48,027 nt of DNA. Source: a virus. The notes under the pieces were generated by a model. It saw nothing but the letters and a program-made list of their open reading frames with translations. It was not told where the DNA came from and did no database searches. The stretch lies in IMG/VR virus record IMGVR_UViG_3300027860_000014; one strand, given 5' to 3'. The stretch's first letter is position 1; every line of letters begins with the position of its first letter. The translations under genes were made by a program, and so were the position numbers. Positions 8,730 to 15,037 of the stretch are shown here, in pieces.

Positions 8730-9053
8730 TCAGTTTTCCTTTATTAGGTCTTTGAGATAGTACACTCCGGTATTGTCGTCATTGTGTGTACTTACTACCC
8801 AAGCTCTAGTTTTATAGATACAGAGTACCTTGTACGTATTGATAGTGGATCTGTAAGGACGAACCGTATCCCCCACCTTAAGAGGTTCAGGAGCTTTTAC
8901 TACGTTCAGTATCGCAGAGTCGTCTATCATGAGAATATCATGAGATCCAACCACTTTAAAAACAGTTTTAGCCAGCCCATCTGTATCACCAACTAATTCT
9001 CTACACAGTTCTTTAACCGTAAGTGTGATCTTATCACCGGTGTTCAGTTTCAT
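8730..9053 (-). CDS. Hypothetical two-domain protein, paralogue family member 3
   Basis: Shares M.L..GDK.TLT and P.(E)P..GD.V....TYKV..I......AWV with 9202-9528. Confidence 0.6.
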   Translation of the reverse strand: MKLNTGDKITLTVKELCRELVGDTDGLAKTVFKVVGSHDILMIDDSAILNVVKAPEPLKVGDTVRPYRSTINTYKVLCIYKTRAWVVSTHNDDNTGVYYLKDLIKEN

Positions 9054-9205
9054 TTGGCTAACCTCAAGTCATAGTGAAAGAATACATAAGTCATGTCGTC
9101 TTCGGCATCTTCTAAATGCACCCAAACGCGTGTTTTGTATGTACAAATCACTACAAATTTAGTGTGAGGGTTGAAGCTCTGATAAACAATGTCCCCAGGT
9201 TTCAT
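9050..9205 (-). CDS. Single-domain paralogue (51 aa), below the ORF-track cutoff
   Basis: MKPGDIVYQSFNPHTKFVVICTYKTRVWVH... matches the C-terminal half of both flanking genes. ATGA overlaps at both ends. Confidence 0.6.
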   Translation of the reverse strand: MKPGDIVYQSFNPHTKFVVICTYKTRVWVHLEDAEDDMTYVFFHYDLRLAK

Positions 9206-9528
9206 TGCTCTACCCATCTTAGGTGTTGAAGACCGATTATGTGAGTACTTTTTTTACATACTAGCTCATGTACCCAAGCATTTCCGTTAAATATCGCAAT
9301 TACTTTGTAAGTGGGATCTGATAACTTTTTATACTCCACGACATCTCCAGGCTCGATAGGTTTTTGTGGAACATCTGTCAGTGTTTTAGTATTAACCCAG
9401 ACGGTCGGGCGATGGAAGTTAACGCTAATAGACTCTTTAAAGCAAATACAAGCCCACCCATCAGGGCTATTTTCTTGCTCTATGCTCTCAATTGTTAGAG
9501 TGACCTTATCACCGGGTGCCAGTCTCAT
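9202..9528 (-). CDS. Hypothetical two-domain protein, paralogue family member 1
   Basis: See 8730-9053. Confidence 0.6.
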   Translation of the reverse strand: MRLAPGDKVTLTIESIEQENSPDGWACICFKESISVNFHRPTVWVNTKTLTDVPQKPIEPGDVVEYKKLSDPTYKVIAIFNGNAWVHELVCKKSTHIIGLQHLRWVEQ

Positions 9529-10018
9529 GATCCGTTATCCAATCTGGTTTGGGGCGAAATGACCATGAGTGAATGTGTCGCTTCGCTAGGTTGTAGTAGT
9601 TTTTGTATGACTTCACACAATCGGGAAGACCCCAATCGTTCATAACAATGTACTCCGGGCTCATGGCGATTGACGGGGGCCAGAAGGGGACCGATTTGTC
9701 AATTCTAGTCGGGGGTTTGCTCAGAGGTTTGCCCAGATCAACCCATGATCCGTGCTCCCTACCGTACCTGTATTTGTATTCCGCAGAGGTTTGTTGAAAA
9801 AGCTCATAAAGCCATAGATAATTCTCAAGTGACCATCGGGCCCAACGGGCACTGGGATGGCCTACATGAGTGACTTTGTAACCCACCTGATTATTGTCAA
9901 GGACAGAGTGGGCCGTGGACAAAAGCTGAGCGTACTCGACGGGCATCTTAACAACGTGGCGATCAACATGCCACTGACTGGCCCGTCTTGGGTCCAAATC
10001 TAGTGCGAATATGTTCAT
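9509..10018 (-). CDS. Conserved hypothetical protein (169 aa)
   Basis: Start chosen at MNIFALDLDPRRASQWHVDRHVVKMPVEYAQLLSTAH (ATG 10018). No function can be assigned from the motif. Confidence 0.5.
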   Translation of the reverse strand: MNIFALDLDPRRASQWHVDRHVVKMPVEYAQLLSTAHSVLDNNQVGYKVTHVGHPSARWARWSLENYLWLYELFQQTSAEYKYRYGREHGSWVDLGKPLSKPPTRIDKSVPFWPPSIAMSPEYIVMNDWGLPDCVKSYKNYYNLAKRHIHSWSFRPKPDWITDHETGTR

Positions 10019-10113
10019 AATGTGGTGCCCCCGCCCAGAATGCCCCGTAAAGGCCGTTTTAAAGCCCGTACGTGGCAATCATGGGTTTTCTGGTATTTGG
10101 GTAGCCTAGAGCC

Positions 10114-10377
10114 TCAAGCGGCCTCCACGCCCTCCATTTTGGCCTTTAAGCGATTGGCCACTTCCGAGACGTACTCCTCCACGTCTTCAGGTGTGGCCAT
10201 GTCAGTCTTTACGCTGTAGCCATTGTGACTTGCCCACCAAATATGCTTACCAAGCCATGCGGCGGTACCGAAATGATGCAAGTCAATAATATTACGATTG
10301 ATAAACTCCCCACCAGGGCCAGTTGTCTCGACCGTCATGTACAGTTTGGGCTTTGTGTTCTCAGTGTTAGCAGTCAT
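10114..10377 (-). CDS. Hypothetical protein (87 aa)
   Basis: ORF only. Confidence 0.5.
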   Translation of the reverse strand: MTANTENTKPKLYMTVETTGPGGEFINRNIIDLHHFGTAAWLGKHIWWASHNGYSVKTDMATPEDVEEYVSEVANRLKAKMEGVEAA

Positions 10378-10460
10378 TTTCTACGCCCCTTGCGTGAAAA
10401 GTTGTTGGAAATGGTCAACGACAATCCACTAGCACTTTAAAGGCTAGTTTAAATAGCGTC

Positions 10461-10486
10461 GATGTCGCCCCGCGACGCGGTGCAAC
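10461..10486 (+). repeat. 26-nt GC-rich repeat, copy 1 (GATGTCGCCCCGCGACGCGGTGCAAC)
   Basis: Contains GTCGC-CCC-GCGAC and CCGCG-A-CGCGG inverted repeats. Flanked by the 7-bp inverted repeat tagcgtc/gacgcta (10454-10460 and 10497-10503). Confidence 0.9.
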
Positions 10487-10508
10487 TAAAGTGTTAGACG
10501 CTAATAAA

Positions 10509-10796
10509 TTAGGCTTGTGATGTCGCCCCGCGACGCGGTTCAACTTGTGCCAAAGTTTGTATCAAGTCCTGCTCATCTGAGCACTTGACATATGGGTAAA
10601 CGCCTTTGATCGCCTGATTGAGATACTTCCCCACACTCTCGGCGAACATGAGACCGGAGTAAACTTCCATGTCAACGTTAGTGTAGACGTAAAGTCCTCC
10701 ATTTATGAACCTTACGGCCAGAGATCTAGCTTTGTCGTCATAGAAAACTTGCTTGACGTTAGACGAGTCCACGTCTTCCCAAGGAATATTAGTCAT
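10509..10796 (-). CDS. KTSC-domain protein
   Basis: DSSNVKQVFYDDKARSLAVRFINGGLYVYTNVDMEVYSGLMFAESVGKYLNQAIK fits the KTSC pattern. Start at MTNIPWE with an AAGAGG ribosome-binding site. Confidence 0.6.
   Translation of the reverse strand: MTNIPWEDVDSSNVKQVFYDDKARSLAVRFINGGLYVYTNVDMEVYSGLMFAESVGKYLNQAIKGVYPYVKCSDEQDLIQTLAQVEPRRGATSQA
10519..10544 (+). repeat. 26-nt GC-rich repeat, copy 2 (one mismatch, G to T)
   Basis: GATGTCGCCCCGCGACGCGGTTCAAC, exactly 32 nt after copy 1. Lies inside the last codons of ORF 10509-10796. Confidence 0.9.
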
Positions 10797-10861
10797 TTTA
10801 GTAACCTCTTTCCACACCCTAAGAAGTCTTTCGACTGCACACAAAAGGCTTGTGTACAGGT

Positions 10862-10949
10862 GACCCTATGGTCATGCGATAAATCCGCTCGAACATGGAC
10901 GAGTGGGGGAGTCATTCACATGGAGCGATATGGGGCACGCCATAGGGTC
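10862..10949 (-). other. Long stem-loop (10-bp closing stem GACCCTATGG/CCATAGGGTC, nested inner stems)
   Basis: Perfect 10-bp inverted repeat with a 68-nt interior containing further pairings (TCGCTC/GAGCGG). Sits just after the stop of 10954-11151. Confidence 0.5.
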
Positions 10950-10953
10950 GCCT

Positions 10954-11151
10954 TTACACAAACTTACCGGAGTCTTCCTTATTTTTAATTCTCATTTCTG
11001 CCGATATCACACAATGACGGATTGCGTCTAGTAGGTATCTTTCCCCACCCTCATAACGACCCGTCGTGTAGGCTCTTTCGGTTTCTATGAGCCTGGATAT
11101 TTGATCGAAAGTGAGTACCTTTTCGCGATCTATAAGATCTTTCACCCCCAT
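10954..11151 (-). CDS. Hypothetical protein (65 aa)
   Basis: ORF whose ATG overlaps the stop of the 32-aa ORF upstream. Confidence 0.5.
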   Translation of the reverse strand: MGVKDLIDREKVLTFDQISRLIETERAYTTGRYEGGERYLLDAIRHCVISAEMRIKNKEDSGKFV

Positions 11152-11240
11152 GCCCCCACTTGTTCACAATATTCGAGGTACTTCCACATGTACCAAACCC
11201 GATCAAGATCACAGAAGTCGAAGTCATTTTCGTACGGCAT
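11142..11240 (-). CDS. Small ORF (32 aa), below the ORF-track cutoff
   Basis: GGGAGGttaatcaaATG ribosome-binding site. Product MPYENDFDFCDLDRVWYMWKYLEYCEQVGAWG. Confidence 0.45.
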   Translation of the reverse strand: MPYENDFDFCDLDRVWYMWKYLEYCEQVGAWG

Positions 11241-11372
11241 TTGATTAACCTCCCATCCAGAACCAATAGACAAACGCCCCTAGAATTATCAGAAGCGAGT
11301 AAACACCCGTTATGATCGTTAGCTCTTTTAGGAATCTGATCATTAGGCCACAACCCCAAGATTTGCGTTTGG

Positions 11373-11422
11373 TGAGACACACGAACGACATAAACTACTC
11401 TAAAACTCGCCCGTGTGTCTCA
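11373..11422 (-). other. 10-bp inverted repeat TGAGACACAC/GTGTGTCTCA with a 30-nt spacer
   Basis: Seen directly in the intergenic region between 11510-12214 and 11142-11240. Confidence 0.5.
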
Positions 11423-11476
11423 ATAAATGCAAATCGAGCAGTTTAATGACTTGCTCAGGTCATATTGCATTAATAA

Positions 11477-11510
11477 CCGCACGGATGTGCGGATACGAAC
11501 GGTTGTTCGT
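11477..11510 (-). terminator. Two tandem hairpins immediately after the stop of 11510-12214
   Basis: Minus strand: ACGAAC-aacc-GTTCGT then CCGCAC-atcc-GTGCGG followed by TTATTAAT. The U-tract is weak. Confidence 0.4.
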
Positions 11511-12214
11511 TAAGCGGCTTGAACCGCCTCCAGGACCGCCTTGCGAGCCTCTTGGTCGTCTCCAAGAGCTTGCTTCAAGTCCTCTTGGGCCTTCCGAACA
11601 GCACGGGTCTGATCCGCTGGCAGGGCGTTAGCGCGTTTCTCAACCTCATCAAAGAAGCTGATAAGCTCTGCGGGATGGACTCCATCGAAGTAAGGCTTAG
11701 TCGGATCAATCGGCTTGCCGTTGACAGTGTTAGCAATTGCGGACCGAAACTCTTTGATGGACGAATTAATTTTCGACATCAAATTGTCACGATACACAGG
11801 CTTCACAACCTCAGCAAAACGCCTATCAGTCCAGAAGGGCTTCTCGTTGGCAGTTTCAACTTCGAATGGGCGCTTCTGACCCTTCTCGTTGACGCCTGAG
11901 AGAGTGATAACGTCACCCTTTAGTTCCATGGGCGAGTAAGCTCTCATCCATTGGATCAGGCCTTGCCGACGATAACCGTTCCCCTTGGGCTCAATGATCT
12001 CAATGAGCAACCGACGCATTAGAGAAGTGTCGCCGTGCTTTTCTGCGTGTAGCAGGCATTGAACCGCGTTAGAGTGAATTGCCATGTCAAGCTTAGTCAG
12101 ATTTGACTTGATAATGTCCTGATCCGCCTTAATGGCTTCCTTGGACATAAGCTTGAGATGGACAGACGCAACGTGAACAGCGCCAAGCTCTTCGGTTTTC
12201 ACTTGTACAGACAT
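11510..12214 (-). CDS. Hypothetical protein (234 aa)
   Basis: ORF with an AAAGGGAAC ribosome-binding site; G+C-rich compared with the downstream early genes. Confidence 0.6.
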   Translation of the reverse strand: MSVQVKTEELGAVHVASVHLKLMSKEAIKADQDIIKSNLTKLDMAIHSNAVQCLLHAEKHGDTSLMRRLLIEIIEPKGNGYRRQGLIQWMRAYSPMELKGDVITLSGVNEKGQKRPFEVETANEKPFWTDRRFAEVVKPVYRDNLMSKINSSIKEFRSAIANTVNGKPIDPTKPYFDGVHPAELISFFDEVEKRANALPADQTRAVRKAQEDLKQALGDDQEARKAVLEAVQAA

Positions 12215-12242
12215 GCTATAGGTTCCCTTTAGGTTCCAAATT

Positions 12243-12258
12243 GCAGCATTAGTGCTGC
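12243..12258 (-). other. Intergenic hairpin GCAGCA-N4-TGCTGC
   Basis: 6-bp stem between 12287-12466 and 11510-12214. Confidence 0.4.
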
Positions 12259-12286
12259 GCTAGAAGGATCAATGGGCGTTAAGGTT

Positions 12287-12466
12287 TCAATGTGCAGACA
12301 ACAATTGTCGTGCACTTGTGGGGTTCATTAGTGATTTGATAACTTTGAATTTAGCGGGAAGCGTGTCTAAGAACTCTTGAGCCATCCGTTGTGAGACGAA
12401 AGGCCCGGTGTACTCTATTGGGTCGTCTGGTGATTTGCGATGTAACGCAATGTAGCGTGCGTTCAT
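12287..12466 (-). CDS. Hypothetical protein (59 aa)
   Basis: Start chosen at MNARYIALHRK (GGAGAGaaagcccATG). The track ORF extends to a GTG at 12565. Confidence 0.45.
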   Translation of the reverse strand: MNARYIALHRKSPDDPIEYTGPFVSQRMAQEFLDTLPAKFKVIKSLMNPTSARQLLSAH

Positions 12467-12805
12467 GGGCTTTCTCTCCATTGATAGGGCCCATGATCCG
12501 TCTAGCGCAGCACTAACGTACTGCATTGCGGTGACACGTGATCGCTCACGATTGGTTCTAAACACTCAGAGAGTGTCCTGCCAGTCACCGACTTTTCCGG
12601 GCAAGACTTCACCCACAATCGCGCTAACGCTCAGGCTACAGACATGTGAGATTGCTATCTCTCACACAGAGCCTGATAAGGCGCGTATTTGTGGCGTGGA
12701 TTGCCCTAAGAGTCTGCCAATCTTGACCCTGAGGCGGCAATCATGCCCATTCACCAAGCCCTACTGCGATCCTCGTGCTAAAGGCCTTCGCATCACCCAA
12801 ACCTT

Positions 12806-12831
12806 GGTGTCGCCCCGCGACGCGGTGCAAC
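12806..12831 (+). repeat. 26-nt GC-rich repeat, copy 3 (solitary)
   Basis: GGTGTCGCCCCGCGACGCGGTGCAAC, flanked by the inverted repeat ccttcg/cgaagg (12785-12790 and 12831-12836). Confidence 0.9.
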
Positions 12832-12968
12832 GAAGGTCTAGGAGTCAGCTAATGACCCTATCGAAGATCACCTAGGTGTCTAACACCTTGGCCGTAGGCC
12901 CGCAGGCCCCGTTTAGATATGTTAAGCGGACAATACGTAGTCCGCCTAGGAATGTAAACCCCTCGCTT

Positions 12969-13376
12969 TTAACCGTTGTCGATTTTCTCGCCCCAGACAC
13001 CCGGAGGTAATTTGTGGCGTGCTTCAAACTCGACGGTCGAGGTCTTGCCTGACCATGTTTTGTGTCCGACTGGTTGAACCTTGTCCGGCCTTGCTAGCCT
13101 GCGAACAGGCGGCGGAGACGGTCTGGGGCTCACAATCGGGTCACGAACATGCTCAGGTGTGGTCACTGGTCCGTCAAGCTTGACGCCTGACTGACCCTTG
13201 TCCAGCTTGCGTTGATAGAAGGCTTTGCGGGCAACGATCTCAAGCGGCTTTTGTGCCGTTGACGACCGTAAGAAGCCCACAGAGCTTACCATAGAAGGGT
13301 TCCGGAGTGCACTCTGAGCTATGCGCTCTTTATGTTCCGCGAGTGCCCTTCTACGCTTGGCATTTAGCCGAGCCAT
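12969..13376 (-). CDS. Basic Pro/Arg-rich early protein with an arginine-rich N-terminus
   Basis: MARLNAKRRRALAEHKERIAQ... It is the promoter-proximal gene of the leftward block. Confidence 0.6.
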   Translation of the reverse strand: MARLNAKRRRALAEHKERIAQSALRNPSMVSSVGFLRSSTAQKPLEIVARKAFYQRKLDKGQSGVKLDGPVTTPEHVRDPIVSPRPSPPPVRRLARPDKVQPVGHKTWSGKTSTVEFEARHKLPPGVWGEKIDNG

Positions 13377-13490
13377 AGGTGCAAGTGTCCTCTGCGAGGG
13401 GTTAGCGAGCCAGCTATATGCTGGTCACTGTCGGGCCATTGGCCGCTGACAACCTCCATATGCTCACAGCCCATTGCCCGGTGCAAGTAA

Positions 13491-13510
13491 CATATTGTTT
13501 CATATTGTTT
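13491..13510 (+). repeat. Tandem direct repeat CATATTGTTT x2
   Basis: Seen directly in the divergent control region. Confidence 0.9.
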
Positions 13511-13714
13511 CACTCGATGTGATCAGTTGCTTGTTTGTTCACGTTGGCCAGGCGACTGGACTCTCACCCACCCCATGCCGGGGGTACCATGAATTCGAAT
13601 GCTGCCCAGATCGCGGTCACGGCCACCTACTCGCCTACATAAGAAAATAGCATTTTTTGGGGCCCCATGTAACCCTCGAATGTAACTTTTTTATGTCCTT
13701 TTGTACGATTTTAC

Positions 13715-13743
13715 TTGACTTGGGTGCCCGAAAATAGTATAAT
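13715..13743 (+). promoter_or_regulatory. Near-consensus sigma70 promoter P1 (TTGACT-N17-TATAAT)
   Basis: TTGACTtgggtgcccgaaaatagTATAAT. Confidence 0.7.
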
Positions 13744-13920
13744 GTACTTAAAGATGCTACACGATAACATACAGCTATAGAGCATGATCATAAAGATCAA
13801 GACTCACTTCGTACGTAGATGAGCACTATAACATACATCTATAAGACATAAATTAAAAAGACAATAATACAAAAGATAACCTCCTAGATGTAACATAGGC
13901 CTTTTTGTTTATTTTGTCTA

Positions 13921-13949
13921 TTGACTTTTGTCGCCCAAAATGGTATAAT
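13921..13949 (+). promoter_or_regulatory. Near-consensus sigma70 promoter P2 (TTGACT-N17-TATAAT)
   Basis: TTGACTtttgtcgcccaaaatggTATAAT, 206 bp downstream of P1 and about 65 nt upstream of ATG 14014. Confidence 0.7.
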
Positions 13950-14013
13950 GTGGATAGTGGAGATAGGTCTATCTTCGAACCCACCAGGCGAGGCGACCCC
14001 AGGGAGAACCGAT

Positions 14014-14298
14014 ATGGGCGCAATAGACGATATCGTTACTTCTGTTATCAGAGAAAGGCTCAGTGGCGTTACTATTGAATCAATTGAGGTGGAGCCTGAC
14101 GTCGGTATCGATGGTGATCCCATTTTGCGGATTACTGTGGTGTTCCCAGACGCGGAAGGCCCCGAACTTGATCCTGAAAAACTGGTGACAATTCCGCGCC
14201 ATCTTCGCTCTGAGCTAAAGAAGCTGGACGTTGATAGGTTTCCCATACTCAGTTTCATATCAAGGGGTGATGCTAAGAAACTAAAGGAGGCAATATAA
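14014..14298 (+). CDS. Hypothetical acidic protein (94 aa)
   Basis: AGGGAGaaccgatATG ribosome-binding site. The track ORF start at 13921 coincides with promoter P2 and is unlikely. Confidence 0.55.
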   Translation: MGAIDDIVTSVIRERLSGVTIESIEVEPDVGIDGDPILRITVVFPDAEGPELDPEKLVTIPRHLRSELKKLDVDRFPILSFISRGDAKKLKEAI

Positions 14299-14496
14299 AT
14301 GTGGTTCTTAGTTCTAGTCGCCCTCATTAGTGGCGATAACGGTCCAACACGGAAAGCCCTCTTACACCCTTACGAAACCAAAGAGAGTTGTGAGGCGGAT
14401 CGGGCCAGACTAACAAAAGAAATGGCCATAGTGGAAAACCACGTAATGGAGGCCGGGTCGGTGTGTGTTCGAATTGAAATTGGGAAATTGACTTAA
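14299..14496 (+). CDS. Hypothetical protein (65 aa) with a hydrophobic N-terminus
   Basis: GGAGGcaatataaATG ribosome-binding site. Confidence 0.5.
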   Translation: MWFLVLVALISGDNGPTRKALLHPYETKESCEADRARLTKEMAIVENHVMEAGSVCVRIEIGKLT

Positions 14497-14500
14497 ATTA

Positions 14501-15037
14501 ATGGCTTATCTGTCAGTTACCGAAGGTCGGGTGAAGAGTACTGGCCATAAGGGTCATAAACTCACCCCGAAGATGAGGTCGTTCATTGACCAGTACTTCG
14601 GGGCGGCCAACTTCAACGCCACAAAGGCGTACCAACTCTCAGACTACAAAGACAGCAAGAACCCGATGCCCCGTGCTGGGGAGTTGATGGCTCACCCTCT
14701 CATTCGTGAGGAGATTGAGCGCAGGCAGGCAATCCGGACACAGAAGTCTGAGATCAAGGCCGAGTACCTGATCAACAAGCTCATTAACATCATCGACGCA
14801 ACCGAGGTGGACAACCCCCAGGCGGCTCTTCGGGCGATTGAACTGGCCGGTAAGTCGATTGCCCTCTGGAAGGATCGCCAAGAAATCTCCGGGCCCGACG
14901 GTAATGCGATCAAACATGAACAGCATGTAAAGGAAAGTGTTGCAGACTTCACCGGCAGAATATCTAGCCTCGTTAAGCGAGCAGGAGCGTCTAACATTGT
15001 TAGCCTCCCTGAGCGAAGAGGAACTAGCGGAGCTTAA
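14501..15037 (+). CDS. terS: Terminase small subunit
   Basis: LTPKMRSFIDQYFGAANFNATKAYQLSDY helix-turn-helix-like N-terminus typical of small terminases. Lies immediately upstream of the large terminase. Confidence 0.65.
   Translation: MAYLSVTEGRVKSTGHKGHKLTPKMRSFIDQYFGAANFNATKAYQLSDYKDSKNPMPRAGELMAHPLIREEIERRQAIRTQKSEIKAEYLINKLINIIDATEVDNPQAALRAIELAGKSIALWKDRQEISGPDGNAIKHEQHVKESVADFTGRISSLVKRAGASNIVSLPERRGTSGA

Noticed and set aside
10461-10544. Calling the repeats a bona fide CRISPR array
   Set aside because: There are only two adjacent copies plus one distant copy. The unit is short at 26 nt. There are no cas genes, and no leader or plus-strand promoter was found. It is kept as a hypothesis in the findings, not annotated as CRISPR.
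10530-10550. Possible tRNA T-arm (GGTTCAAC) and a wider look for tRNAs in intergenic regions
   Set aside because: The flanking sequence cannot form a T-stem or a cloverleaf. No other GTTCRA-type T-loop with acceptor pairing was seen by eye. A tRNAscan run would be decisive.
11051-11380. 109-aa minus-strand ORF
   Set aside because: It overlaps two better-supported ORFs in other frames (11142-11240, which has a strong GGGAGG ribosome-binding site, and 10954-11151). It also runs through an inverted repeat.
10461-12831. The 26-mer as a phage-RNAP promoter (T7-style conserved promoter)
   Set aside because: The window holds no ORF of RNAP size or with RNAP motifs. There are only three copies, all within one early operon.
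12465-12875. 136-aa plus-strand ORF in the early region
   Set aside because: It is on the opposite strand to all neighbouring genes and overlaps the start of 12287-12466. It has no ribosome-binding site and spans the structured non-coding stretch and repeat copy 3.
13884-14327. 147-aa minus-strand ORF across the control region
   Set aside because: It runs antisense through promoter P2 and the well-supported plus-strand gene 14014-14298. The product is Ser-rich and of low complexity.
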